Source of the DNA: an uncultured Gammaproteobacteria bacterium
GTDB taxonomy: Bacteria > Patescibacteriota > Microgenomatia > PFEM01 > JAPLYW01
Reading direction: 5' to 3'
Assembly: GCA_965230945.1 (NCBI GenBank)
Contig: OZ246397.1
Location: 304,749-368,748 of the forward strand
Length of the DNA: 64,000 bases
Shown: piece by piece, positions 27,722-37,977 of the stretch
How the letters are laid out: every line of letters starts with the position of its first letter
How positions within the stretch are numbered: the first letter of the stretch is position 1
Made by a program: the position numbers and the translations under genes
The notes under the pieces: generated by a model
Database searches by the model: none
The model's input: the letters and a program-made list of their open reading frames with translations, nothing else
Told to the model about the DNA's origin: nothing

Positions 27722-29557
27722 GTGCCCCAAAAAAATAATATAGCTAGTATTTTATCTCAACTTAACCCTGCCCAGCAAGAAGCAGTCTCTTATGGCCAAG
27801 GGCCATTGCTTATCTTAGCCGGCCCAGGATCAGGAAAAACTAGAACTCTTACCTATAGAGCCGCCTATTTAATTCAAGAGGAAAAGGTTAAACCAGAAAA
27901 TATTCTTCTTTTAACTTTTACCAATAAAGCCGCCCTGGAGATGAAAAACAGACTAAAGAAGATTCTTCAACAAGACAAAATTCCTTTTGCCGGAACCTTT
28001 CATAGTTTTTGTGCTCAAATCTTAAGAATAAACGGAAAATATCTAAAGATTCCTCCTAATTATCTTATTTATGATAAATCAGATCAGTTGGAGACGATCA
28101 AAATGGTCTTAAAAAAACTTGACCTTTCTATAAGTCAATTCAAACCAAGTTCTGTATCCACCAGCATTTCTCAAGCCAAAAACGAACTTATCTCCGCTTT
28201 AGAATATCCGCAATACGCCCAAGGACATTGGCAAGAAACAGTCGCCAGAATCTATCTTAAATATCAACAATTTCTCAAAGAATACCAGGCTTTAGATTTT
28301 GATGATCTTCTTTTGGAAACCGTTCGTCTTTTTAGAAAAGAAAAAGAGGTTTTAGAAAGATATCAAAACAAATATCATTGGTTTTTAATCGACGAATATC
28401 AAGATACCAACCAAGCCCAATATATTCTCACCAAACTCCTAACCAAAAAATGGCGTAATTTAAATGCCGTCGGTGATGCCAGCCAAGCCATCTATGGCTG
28501 GCGAGGAGCCAACTATCGTAACCTACTGAACCTCAAGGATGATTTCTCCGATTTAAAAGTTATCAACTTAGAACGTAATTACCGCTCTACCGAAACCATC
28601 CTTGAAGCGGCTAATAGCGTTATCAAGCAAAATACTACTCATCCCGTCTTAAATCTTTGGACAGAAAAAAAAGGTGGCCAGAAAATATCCCTTTTTCAAG
28701 CCAAAAACGAACATCAAGAAGCAGATTTCATTATCGAGAAAGTTAAAAATTATCTTTTAGAAAACAAAACTTTACCTTCTCAAGGATTTGCTGTTCTTTA
28801 CCGAACCAACGCTCAATCAAGAATTATCGAAGAATCTTTTCTACACCACAGTATTCCCTATACCCTCGTCGGCGGAGTAAGGTTCTACGAAAGAAAAGAG
28901 ATCAAAGACTGTTTAGCCTATCTAAGATTGATAGCCAACTCGCAAGATAAGCTTTCTCTTAAAAGAACCGAGAAATTAGGTAAAAGGAAACTTAAAAAAT
29001 TCTTTAGTTTTCTGGAAAAAAAGAAAAAAAGCAAGAAAGAATTAACAACCCTTCAATGGCTAGATGGGATTTTAGAAAGCACTAAATATTTAGAGCAGTT
29101 TAATGAAGACAATCCTCAAGAATTAAGCCGCATAGAAAACGTTAGAGAACTTCGTTCTGTCGCCGAAGAATTTCCCGATCTTCGTCAATTCTTGGAAAAT
29201 GTTGCCTTAATCCAAGAAGAATATACACCTCAAGGTAAGGCCCGCTTTAAAGAAGATTCAGAAGAAAAAATTACCTTGATGACGGCTCATGCCGCTAAAG
29301 GAACAGAATTCTCTGTTGTCTTTATGATTGGTATGGAGGAAGGTCTTTTCCCCCATGCCCGTTCACTAACAGAAAAAGATGAGATTGAAGAAGAAAGAAG
29401 GCTATGTTATGTAGCCATGACCAGAGCCAAAGATAAACTCTATATTTCCTACACTCAAAAACGCTTCTATTTTGGCGAAAGCTCTGTCAATCAGCTTTCC
29501 CGTTTTATCAACGACATCCCGCCTCACCTTCTCGATGTGTTAAAATTAAACGCATGA
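27722..29557 (+). CDS. pcrA: ATP-dependent DNA helicase PcrA/UvrD
   Basis: AGPGSGKT, TFTNKAA, DEYQDTN, VGDASQAIYGWRGA, LERNYRS, LYRTNAQSR, EEERRLCYVAMTRA. Confidence 0.95.
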   Translation: MPQKNNIASILSQLNPAQQEAVSYGQGPLLILAGPGSGKTRTLTYRAAYLIQEEKVKPENILLLTFTNKAALEMKNRLKKILQQDKIPFAGTFHSFCAQILRINGKYLKIPPNYLIYDKSDQLETIKMVLKKLDLSISQFKPSSVSTSISQAKNELISALEYPQYAQGHWQETVARIYLKYQQFLKEYQALDFDDLLLETVRLFRKEKEVLERYQNKYHWFLIDEYQDTNQAQYILTKLLTKKWRNLNAVGDASQAIYGWRGANYRNLLNLKDDFSDLKVINLERNYRSTETILEAANSVIKQNTTHPVLNLWTEKKGGQKISLFQAKNEHQEADFIIEKVKNYLLENKTLPSQGFAVLYRTNAQSRIIEESFLHHSIPYTLVGGVRFYERKEIKDCLAYLRLIANSQDKLSLKRTEKLGKRKLKKFFSFLEKKKKSKKELTTLQWLDGILESTKYLEQFNEDNPQELSRIENVRELRSVAEEFPDLRQFLENVALIQEEYTPQGKARFKEDSEEKITLMTAHAAKGTEFSVVFMIGMEEGLFPHARSLTEKDEIEEERRLCYVAMTRAKDKLYISYTQKRFYFGESSVNQLSRFINDIPPHLLDVLKLNA

Positions 29558-30564
29558 AGATTCAGGAAGTTCCAGTAAAGGAAAAAGATAAATTCAATTC
29601 CTTGGTTACTCATCCACTACAATCCTGGCCATGGGGAAAATTTAGAAAAAAAACAGGTATTAAAGTTATCCGCCTAGGTCTCTATAAAAACAAAAATCTC
29701 CAAGAAGCCTACCAAATATTCGTTCATCCCCTGCCTAAATTACCATACACCATTCTCTATTTTCCCAAAGGACCTAAGCCTAGCAAAACCATGCTCCAGG
29801 CTTTAAAAAAGATTGGGCAAAAAGAAAAGGCGATTATGGTCAAAATGGAACCTAATGTTAAAAATGATGAAAAAATAAAAAAATTCTTGCTGGCTAATGG
29901 TTGCCAAGCAGGCAGGCCACTTTTTACCAAGTTTACTTTCCATCTTGATTTAAAACAGAAAGAGGAAGAAATTCTGCAAAAGATGAAGCCTAAAACAAGA
30001 TATAATATCCGCTTAGCGCAAAGACACGGCGTCGAAATTGAAGAAGATAATTCTGCTCGAGCCTTTAAAACCTATTTAAAACTAACCAAAGAGACAATGA
30101 AGAGACAAGGCTTTTACGCTCATAGTCCTCAATACCATCAAAAAATGTGGGCGGAAATGAGTCAGGCAAAGATTGCTCATCTCTTTTTAGCCAAATATCA
30201 AAAAGAAATCCTAGGTGCCTATATCTTCTTCATCTTTAACAATGTCCTTTATTATCCTTATGGCGCTTCAAGTAGAAAATACAAAAAAGTCATGCCTCTC
30301 TATGCTCTTTTCTGGGAGGCGATTAAATTCGGACAAAAAATGAACTGTCATACCTTTGACATGTGGGGTAGTCCAGGACCTCAAGTAAGCCCCAAAGATG
30401 CTTACTTTGGTTTTCATCGCTTTAAGGAAGGTTTTGGCGGAGAATTAATAGAATTTATAGGTACCTATGACCTAGTCATCAACCCTCTTCTCTATCCACT
30501 TTTCAATTTCACTAATACGATCCGTTGGCAATTTTTACGCCTAAAATCAACTATTACTTTTTAA
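29554..30564 (+). CDS. FemABX-family lipid II peptidyltransferase
   Basis: HPLQSWPWG.F, PKGP, KTRYNIRLA, YYPYGASS, GFHRFKEGFGG. Confidence 0.9.
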   Translation: MKIQEVPVKEKDKFNSLVTHPLQSWPWGKFRKKTGIKVIRLGLYKNKNLQEAYQIFVHPLPKLPYTILYFPKGPKPSKTMLQALKKIGQKEKAIMVKMEPNVKNDEKIKKFLLANGCQAGRPLFTKFTFHLDLKQKEEEILQKMKPKTRYNIRLAQRHGVEIEEDNSARAFKTYLKLTKETMKRQGFYAHSPQYHQKMWAEMSQAKIAHLFLAKYQKEILGAYIFFIFNNVLYYPYGASSRKYKKVMPLYALFWEAIKFGQKMNCHTFDMWGSPGPQVSPKDAYFGFHRFKEGFGGELIEFIGTYDLVINPLLYPLFNFTNTIRWQFLRLKSTITF

Positions 30565-31405
30565 CTCGATCAACTCTTCCTAAAAGTGTTCCTACTTGCT
30601 CACCTTTGGCAAATTTCAGAATAACATCTTTTTCATAACCGGCAATTCCAACACGTAATTTACATTTAGCACATCGTAATGCTTCTCGCAGTTTTACTAT
30701 CATCCCTCCGATGCCGTTTCCACTGGAAGTACCTTCAATAAAATTAATTAAATTTTTCTCTCTATTCCATATGTTAATTTCCTCATATAGCTCTGCCTTT
30801 GAGTCAATCTTCGGATCAGCTGTATAAATTCCTCCTTCATCAGTCAAAAAAAGAATTGCATTGGCCCCAATCTTTAAAGCAGTCATTTTGGCCAAACGGT
30901 CATTTTCACTAATTCTTTTTTCCATAAGCGCTATTTCCTTATCTGAAACGGGATCATTTTCATTAATAATAGGAATCTGCCCAATTTTTAAAAGATCAAA
31001 GATGCACTGGATAACTTCATTCCTTTCCCTTTCATTAGACCAATTGGTAAAAGTCAGTAGAAATTGCCCTGCTGTTTTTTTAAACTTTCGGAAACCTTCT
31101 GTCCATCTCTTCATCAGGAGCGGTTGGCCTATGGCTGCTAAAACCTGCTTATCGACACTGTTTGTATTTAATCCAAATTCTTCCAGTTTTTCTCTTCCTG
31201 CTTTTATAGCTCCGGAACTCACCACTATCAATTCCACTCCTTGTTTTTGAAGCTTCACAAGTTGTCTTGCATAATCATTGAAGATTTTCTGGTCTAGCTT
31301 CTTTTTACCATTTTGAAGACTACATAAATTCTCTGTTCCACATTTAACCACTAACCGTCGCGGTAAAATTCGCTTTTTATTTCCTTTTGTCTTAGTTCGA
31401 GACAT
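30554..31405 (-). CDS. proB: Glutamate 5-kinase (no PUA domain)
   Basis: VVSSGAI.AG, KQVLAAIGQ, PIINEND, ENDRLA, LTD.GG.YTADP, GIGGMIVKL. Confidence 0.88.
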   Translation of the reverse strand: MSRTKTKGNKKRILPRRLVVKCGTENLCSLQNGKKKLDQKIFNDYARQLVKLQKQGVELIVVSSGAIKAGREKLEEFGLNTNSVDKQVLAAIGQPLLMKRWTEGFRKFKKTAGQFLLTFTNWSNERERNEVIQCIFDLLKIGQIPIINENDPVSDKEIALMEKRISENDRLAKMTALKIGANAILFLTDEGGIYTADPKIDSKAELYEEINIWNREKNLINFIEGTSSGNGIGGMIVKLREALRCAKCKLRVGIAGYEKDVILKFAKGEQVGTLLGRVDRVKK

Positions 31406-31443
31406 GATGAAATTATATCAAAAGCCTACATTCCTTCCAAATG

Positions 31444-34317
31444 TTACTGCCATGCTTCACAAATCAACTTATAATCACAGAAATCACATAAAGGACTTGG
31501 TTTAGGTTCAAAATCACTCTTGGCTATTTCCTGAGCCTTTTTAATAATCTCTTTTCTCACTTCCTGAAGCTGTTTACTAGTCCTTTTGGTGGAGATTTTT
31601 TTACCAGAATCTAAAAAGTAAAAAGTCAAGGTCACTTCTCGTGGATTTTTATTGTAAATACCTTTATCCTGGGCTGCCAAAGCATAAACGGTCATCTGTA
31701 AAGATTTATCAACTTCCTTTTGTTCTAATGAACGACCCGTTTTGTAGTCAATAATCTCTATTTTATCTTTGCCAATCTTATCAACGCGATCTATCTTACC
31801 GCCAACTTTTAGATCAGGACTGGCCTTAATAATGAAAGACTGTTCTAAAGATTCAATGACCACTTTCTTATCCAGATTTTTATAAAAGTTAGCTAACATC
31901 CTCTGAGCCGCTCGTTTACCTTCTTTCTCATGAGCCTTATCAGTATAACCCAAGGATGACCAATTTCTATCTAACAAAGATAAAAGATCTTTCTCTTTTA
32001 ATTTCTGTTTACCCTTAATCCCCTGAAGGAAATCTCTTAATGTTCGGTGAATTGTATTACCAAGGCTCTGGGGTGCCGAAGGAGCGACCGGTATTCTCTG
32101 TAGATAGCGATAACGATACTGCAAAGGACAATTATTAAAAGTATCTAATTGAGAATAAGAAAGATAATTAATCACTGGCCTCTGTTTCTCTTCAACTCTT
32201 TCTTTTTCTTGAGACTTGTAGTCAAAAATTGAAAGCTGATCAGTATCTTTAACAATTTCTTTTCTGATGGCTTTCTCACCTAGGGCCTCAACGACAAAAG
32301 GTGAAATCTTTTTCTCTCTTTTAGCTTCACCATAATAATTAGATAAAGAAAAAATTAATCTATCTCTCGCCCTGGTCATGGCCACATAAAAAAGACGCCG
32401 TTCTTCTTGTTGGTGATAATCGCCGGAAGGCAAAATCTCTTTAATCAGCTGTTCGGGAATAGGAATCTGTTCTCTTCTTTCCCTAGTAGGAAAACGGGCT
32501 GAAACCAAATTAACCAAAAAGACAACGGGGAACTCGAGACCTTTAGAAGAATGAACGGTTAAAATATTAACTCTATTCTCTTCAGACCAATCAAAATTAT
32601 TAGCCAAAGGAGATTCTCCTAATCTCATTGAGAGATTAATCCAATCAACAACCGCCTGGACAGTAGCATCTTCATGATCAACTTCATAGGTACGTAGCCT
32701 ATCAAAAAACTTGGCGATATTCTGGGCTATTTTTTCTTCCTGAAGGCTTTTGTATTCAGCCAGCTTTTTTAAAAGACCAGTATCTTGTAAAAAGTAATAA
32801 AGAATCTGCCCGGCTGTTTCCTTATTTAAAAGACCTAAATGGCGGTGAACTATTTTAACAAAGGCATTAATCTGCTCTTTAGTTTTCGGCGAAACAAAAA
32901 TTTTATCTACTTCTTCACATGCTTCAAATAAAGAAAGATTCTGTTTTCTAGCAAAATTATTAATGGCCGCCAAGTCACGGGGAAAAATATTAAAATAATC
33001 CATTGACAGAATCTTAAACAAAGCAACATTATCTTCAAAATTATAAAGAAGTTTAAGATAGGCAATCAGATCCTTAACTTCTGCCTGACGAAAAAGTTGT
33101 CCAGGCCCTAAAAACTGGTAAGGGATACCATGACGAGCAAATGCCCGCGTAAAAGGCCCAGCATGATTATTAGCTCTTACCAAAATGGCAAAATCAGAAT
33201 ACTTATACTTCTTACTAAGTTCCTCAATCTTTAAGGCGACTTTTTCTGATTCATTTTCCACTCGATCAGTATAAAGAAGCTCAATCGGGGATTGCTTAAC
33301 CTGACGGACAGCGATAAGGTGTTTGTCAATTTTTTCCTTAACTTCTAGCCTATCTGGATTATTGTTTTGGATTAACTGGTAAGCATGATCAAGAATTAAC
33401 TGTGAAGAACGATAATTCTCTTTGAGAACAACTATTTTTGCCTTAGGAAAACTTTCTTTAAATTGAATGACATTGGAAATGGCTGCTCCACGCCAGCGGT
33501 AGATTGATTGGTCATCATCAGCACAAACGGTAATATTCTGTTTCTTGCCCGCCAGAAGAACAGCCAATTGGTTTTGAGCATAGTTGGTATCTTGGAATTC
33601 ATCAACAAGAATATAATTAAATTGCTTTTGATATTGCTGTAAGATGTTTTTTCTTCTCCGAAAAAGTTCTAAAGTTTTGGCAATTAAGTCAGCAAAATCA
33701 AAAAGTCCTTCTTTGGCCTTCAGTTCTTCATAGGCCTGGTAAGCTAAGGCTAATTCTTGAAGTTTATCCATCTCTTGTTTTTCTTCTTTAGTTAGTTTCC
33801 TTTTCTTTTCTTTTTTGACCCAACTTAAATATTCAGCCGAAGAAACATCTTCATCTTTTAATCTGGAAAAATGCTGCAGCATACCGGCAATAAACTTGGT
33901 GGGATTACCTAGAGGACGAAAATATTTTAGTTTAAACTTAAAAAGATTCTTGGTTAAAAATTGAATCGTTTCTGCCTCAGCCATCAATTTATAATCAGGA
34001 TTGAGGCCAATATGAATTCCTTCCTGTCGTAAAACCCGGTCACAAAAAGAATGAAAGGTAGAAATCCACATATCGATATAGCCATAGGGTAAGGCCAGAT
34101 CAACTCTCTCTTCCATCTCCCTGGCCGCTTTGTCAGTAAAAGTCAAAGCCAAAATTTCGGTTGTTTTGGCTTTCTTAGAAGTGATTAAGTATTTTATTCT
34201 CTCGGTGATAACCGTTGTCTTACCTGTTCCGGCTCCGGCAATAATCAACAAAGGCCCATCACCATAAGAAATAGCTTCTTTTTGAGCCTTGTTTAACTTT
34301 TTCTGATTCTTAGGCAT
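31444..34317 (-). CDS. UvrD-family helicase fused to a PD-(D/E)XK nuclease
   Basis: AGAGTGKT, DEFQDTN, ERRLFYVAMTRA. C-terminal LSYSQL...CP, GKIDRVD, IIDYKTG, C..C.....C. Confidence 0.93.
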   Translation of the reverse strand: MPKNQKKLNKAQKEAISYGDGPLLIIAGAGTGKTTVITERIKYLITSKKAKTTEILALTFTDKAAREMEERVDLALPYGYIDMWISTFHSFCDRVLRQEGIHIGLNPDYKLMAEAETIQFLTKNLFKFKLKYFRPLGNPTKFIAGMLQHFSRLKDEDVSSAEYLSWVKKEKKRKLTKEEKQEMDKLQELALAYQAYEELKAKEGLFDFADLIAKTLELFRRRKNILQQYQKQFNYILVDEFQDTNYAQNQLAVLLAGKKQNITVCADDDQSIYRWRGAAISNVIQFKESFPKAKIVVLKENYRSSQLILDHAYQLIQNNNPDRLEVKEKIDKHLIAVRQVKQSPIELLYTDRVENESEKVALKIEELSKKYKYSDFAILVRANNHAGPFTRAFARHGIPYQFLGPGQLFRQAEVKDLIAYLKLLYNFEDNVALFKILSMDYFNIFPRDLAAINNFARKQNLSLFEACEEVDKIFVSPKTKEQINAFVKIVHRHLGLLNKETAGQILYYFLQDTGLLKKLAEYKSLQEEKIAQNIAKFFDRLRTYEVDHEDATVQAVVDWINLSMRLGESPLANNFDWSEENRVNILTVHSSKGLEFPVVFLVNLVSARFPTRERREQIPIPEQLIKEILPSGDYHQQEERRLFYVAMTRARDRLIFSLSNYYGEAKREKKISPFVVEALGEKAIRKEIVKDTDQLSIFDYKSQEKERVEEKQRPVINYLSYSQLDTFNNCPLQYRYRYLQRIPVAPSAPQSLGNTIHRTLRDFLQGIKGKQKLKEKDLLSLLDRNWSSLGYTDKAHEKEGKRAAQRMLANFYKNLDKKVVIESLEQSFIIKASPDLKVGGKIDRVDKIGKDKIEIIDYKTGRSLEQKEVDKSLQMTVYALAAQDKGIYNKNPREVTLTFYFLDSGKKISTKRTSKQLQEVRKEIIKKAQEIAKSDFEPKPSPLCDFCDYKLICEAWQ

Positions 34318-34323
34318 TTTCGA

Positions 34324-35292
34324 CTACTTTATCTTTTTAACTTCCTTTTTGACGCCCTCGCCCAAAGACTGAGTTGAAGAAAGCTTCTGTCCAAGCTGGG
34401 TAAAACCAGAAGCAACATTATGCATTTGATTATAGGCATTTTGTAAATGACGGGATAAAAGAGAAAGGTTTTCTTCAACTTTATTGTAATCTTTATGAAT
34501 AGCCCTAATGGCTGCTAAAATCTGTTGAGCTCTTTTTTCGATCTTTTGACCTTCAAAACTCATCAAAATGGCTCGTAAGTAAGCATAAAAGGTCGTCGGT
34601 GAAACTGGCAAAACTCTTTTCTTGCTGCTGTACTCAAAAAGCTCGGCATTATTGACAATTTCATAATAAACAGTTTCTGAAGGCAGATACATTAAAGCGT
34701 AATCGATTGTGCCCTCTTCAGTGAGAATGTATTTGGAAGCAATATCATTGATATGTTTTTTGACATCTTTAACAAATTCCTTTTCGGCTGCTTTTTTCTC
34801 ATGATCGCTTTGGGCATCCATTAGACGACGGAAATTTTCCATAGGAAATTTAGAATCAACCGGAATAATACCGGCTGAGGTCTTAATAGCCGCATCAACC
34901 TTGACTCCTGACTTAAAACTATACTGCAGGAAAAAGGAACTTTTAGGTAACATCTGGGCTAGCAACTCCCTTAAGACTTGCTCACCAATGTTACCACGCA
35001 ACTTAGGAGAACGTAAAAACTCTTGAATATCCTTCATCCCTCGACCAATTTCAGACATCTCGCCAATATTTCTCTGTACCTGACTAATAACTCTAGCGGC
35101 GTTATCCAATCTTTCGTTAATTGACTGAGACATTACCTGACTTGATCTCTGTTGACTCTTCAACCATTCTTTTAAAGTTTCGTCTGGTTTAGCCATTTCT
35201 TTAATCTCGGCAATTTTTTTTAAAATGAAAAAAATACCTACTCCCAAAACAAGAGCCAATAGAGCAAAAAGAAGATAAAGTTCACGAATCAT
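34324..35292 (-). CDS. rmuC: DNA recombination protein RmuC
   Basis: PKLRGNIGE, VDSKFP, IASKYI, T.DYALMYLPSE, VSPTT. Confidence 0.93.
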   Translation of the reverse strand: MIRELYLLFALLALVLGVGIFFILKKIAEIKEMAKPDETLKEWLKSQQRSSQVMSQSINERLDNAARVISQVQRNIGEMSEIGRGMKDIQEFLRSPKLRGNIGEQVLRELLAQMLPKSSFFLQYSFKSGVKVDAAIKTSAGIIPVDSKFPMENFRRLMDAQSDHEKKAAEKEFVKDVKKHINDIASKYILTEEGTIDYALMYLPSETVYYEIVNNAELFEYSSKKRVLPVSPTTFYAYLRAILMSFEGQKIEKRAQQILAAIRAIHKDYNKVEENLSLLSRHLQNAYNQMHNVASGFTQLGQKLSSTQSLGEGVKKEVKKIK

Positions 35293-35333
35293 GGCGATTT
35301 TAATTATAACATCAGTTGTTATACAATTGAACC

Positions 35334-35675
35334 ATGAGGAAACAGCTGAAAACTAAAATAAAACGCCGCAAAAACTTCCTGCCTCCTTTAATCTTAGCCA
35401 TTATCTTTTGGGGAATCTGGGTTTGGTTTGTTTACTCTTTTCCCCCCGACAACAACCTTCTTATTTTTATCTTTTATATTCTTCTTTTCTTGGCTGCCTT
35501 TTTCACCATGGCTCTTGTTTTTGCTAATAGCAAAATGGGGGTTACCACCGCCATCTGGTTTATCTTTATCCTTGTCTTCCGTTACTTTAAAATCAGTAAT
35601 CTTTTGAATCTTTCCTTGTTAACCGTTATCTCTTTTCTTCTCCTCATCTACTTTAGTAGAAAAATAAATAATTGA
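35334..35675 (+). CDS. Small 4-TM membrane protein
   Basis: Hydrophobic ORF with a basic N-terminus. Confidence 0.7.
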   Translation: MRKQLKTKIKRRKNFLPPLILAIIFWGIWVWFVYSFPPDNNLLIFIFYILLFLAAFFTMALVFANSKMGVTTAIWFIFILVFRYFKISNLLNLSLLTVISFLLLIYFSRKINN

Positions 35676-35700
35676 CAAAATCATTTCTTGGTGATTTAAT
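35672..35700 (+). promoter_or_regulatory. sigma70-like promoter upstream of the YerC-like regulator
   Basis: TTGACA-17 bp-TTTAAT with TG extension. Contains the inverted repeat AAATCA-N8-TGATTT. Confidence 0.55.
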
Positions 35701-35762
35701 TAAATAAACAAATCAAAACTGCACGATAATTTTTCCTCTGTCCGATTTAATCAATTAAACAA

Positions 35763-36128
35763 ATGCAGATTTCTAAAAAGAAGCTGCCGCCACAAGTCAA
35801 AAAACAAATTTATGACCTTCTCCATAGAGTTATCGCCGATATTAGGAACCCTCAAGAAGTCAAAGAGTTTCTAGAAAGTTTTTTAGGTGATAATGAAAAG
35901 GAGGCTATTTCCCGCAGATTAGGCATTGCCCATCTTTTAAACAAGGGCAAAACCTACGCCTATATTAAAGACTATTTAGCTGTTTCCAGTACCACCGTCG
36001 CTTCCATCGCCAGAGAAATAAAAAAAGAAAAAGGATTTACAGTAGCTTTTAAAAAGATTTATGCTGATGAATGGGCTGACAAATGGGCCAAAAAAATAAC
36101 AGAGGTCTTCAAGAAAAGTAAAAAATAA
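35763..36128 (+). CDS. TrpR/YerC-YecD family regulator
   Basis: FLESFL...E...ISRRL.IA.LL..GKTY..I...L.VSSTTV. Confidence 0.85.
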   Translation: MQISKKKLPPQVKKQIYDLLHRVIADIRNPQEVKEFLESFLGDNEKEAISRRLGIAHLLNKGKTYAYIKDYLAVSSTTVASIAREIKKEKGFTVAFKKIYADEWADKWAKKITEVFKKSKK

Positions 36129-36210
36129 GCTTTCCCATAGTGTTTTCCGAATCTTAGAAATTTTTAAAAATAATTAAGGAGTTTTACCAAAAAATAATAG
36201 AATCAAAGAT

Positions 36211-36492
36211 ATGATAATTAAGAAAAAAGTACAACAAAAATATTTTCAGGCTGTAGAAGATGGGAGAAAGCGCTTTGAAGTCAGATTGGCAGACTTTAAA
36301 AGTAAAGCAGGAGATATTCTTATTTTAGAAGAGCAAGAAGAAAAAACTAAAAAATTAACTGGTAGGAAAATTAAGTGTGAAGTTTTGTATATCTTCAATA
36401 CAAAAGATATAAAGAAGTTTTATAAGAAAGAAGATTTAGATAAATACGGACTTGTAGTTCTGGCCATAAGAAGAAAATATAAACACCAGTAA
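36211..36492 (+). CDS. ASCH/PUA-like (DUF3850-type) protein
   Basis: KYFQAVEDGRKRFEVRLADF...GDILILEE...TGR. Confidence 0.85.
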   Translation: MIIKKKVQQKYFQAVEDGRKRFEVRLADFKSKAGDILILEEQEEKTKKLTGRKIKCEVLYIFNTKDIKKFYKKEDLDKYGLVVLAIRRKYKHQ

Positions 36493-36555
36493 TAGCTTCT
36501 TAAAATTCTCTTTCTCCTTCAAAAAGAGCCTTTTTTAGTTTAAAATATAGTGGCT

Positions 36556-37977
36556 ATGAACAAAAAGTTTTATATTACCACTGCTATTGATTATGTGAAT
36601 GACACCATTCATATCGGCCATATTTTTCAAAAATTAGTAGCCGATGTTTTGGCGCGCTATTTTCGTCAAAAATTAGGTAAAGAAAACGTTTTTTTTCTAA
36701 CAGGAACTGATGAATACGGGCAAAAAGCAGAAAAAGTAGCCCAACAATCTAAAATCTCAACTAAAGAATTTGTTGATAAAATCTCAAAATCAGATCAAAG
36801 GCAGCAAGATTCATTAAAAATTTCCTATGATAGATTTATCCGTACGACTGATAAAGACCATCAAAGAGTTGTCCAAGAAATTTGGAAGCGGGTCGAAAAA
36901 AATGGAGATATCTACCTGGGGGAATATACTGGTTTGTATTGTGAAGGCTGTGAAGCTTATTACACAGATAAGGATTTAATCGATTGTCACTGCCCGTTTC
37001 ATCCTGATCAGCAAATTAAAAAAGTCACCGAAAAAAATTATTTTTTCCGCTGGTCAAAATATAAAAATTTCTTGATTGATTATCTTCAAAACAATCCTCA
37101 TTTTGTCATCCCTGAAGTAAGAAAAAACGAACTTCTTGAATTTGCTAAAGATATCAAAGATATCCCTATCTCACGTGCTAATTTTAAGTGGGGCATCCCT
37201 GTTCCCAATAATCCTTCTCAAGTAATTTATGTCTGGTTTGATGCTCTCATTAATTACCTAACCGGCGTTGGCTTTCTTGAAAACAAAAGTCTATTTAAAA
37301 AATTCTGGCCGGCTGATATTCATATTTTGGGAAAAGATAATGCCCGCTGGCATGCGTTGCTTTGGCCAGCTATGCTCAAGTCTGCTGGGGTTAAAGAATT
37401 GCCCAAAACAATTCTTATTAATGGCTTTTTAACTCTAAACAACCAAAAAATCAGTAAGTCAGCTGGGAATATTATACGCCCAACTGATTGGGTAAAAAAA
37501 TATGGCAACGATGCTACCAGATATTATCTTTTAAGATATACCAGTATTATTAAAGACAGCGATGTCTCGGGAGATAAACTGCGCCAGGCCTATAATGCCG
37601 ATCTTGCTAATGGCCTAGGTAATCTTGCTGCCCGCATCGCTAAACTTTGCGAAAGGTCATCTTTTGAATTTAATAAATATCATGCAGTCATAACTGAAAG
37701 ATACAAAAAAGGTTTAGAAGAATTCAAATTTGATAAGGTTATTAAAACTATCTGGGAAGAAATTCGCAGTCTAGATCGTTATTTAGATAAAAAAGCTCCT
37801 TGGAAAATTAAAGAAAAAGAAGAATTAAAAACTGTCCTGCAGAAAGCTATTAATAGCCTCAGACAAATAGCCTATGACTTACAACCTTTTCTACCTGAAA
37901 CTTCAGATAAAATCCAAAAGCAATTCAAGGGTCCTAAAATTAAATCAGGTAAACCACTCTTTCCAAGGCTTAACTAA
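36556..37977 (+). CDS. metG: Methionine-tRNA ligase (short form)
   Basis: FYITTAIDY, HIGH, LTGTDE, YVWFDAL, GKDN, KISKS, LANGLGNL. Confidence 0.97.
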   Translation: MNKKFYITTAIDYVNDTIHIGHIFQKLVADVLARYFRQKLGKENVFFLTGTDEYGQKAEKVAQQSKISTKEFVDKISKSDQRQQDSLKISYDRFIRTTDKDHQRVVQEIWKRVEKNGDIYLGEYTGLYCEGCEAYYTDKDLIDCHCPFHPDQQIKKVTEKNYFFRWSKYKNFLIDYLQNNPHFVIPEVRKNELLEFAKDIKDIPISRANFKWGIPVPNNPSQVIYVWFDALINYLTGVGFLENKSLFKKFWPADIHILGKDNARWHALLWPAMLKSAGVKELPKTILINGFLTLNNQKISKSAGNIIRPTDWVKKYGNDATRYYLLRYTSIIKDSDVSGDKLRQAYNADLANGLGNLAARIAKLCERSSFEFNKYHAVITERYKKGLEEFKFDKVIKTIWEEIRSLDRYLDKKAPWKIKEKEELKTVLQKAINSLRQIAYDLQPFLPETSDKIQKQFKGPKIKSGKPLFPRLN

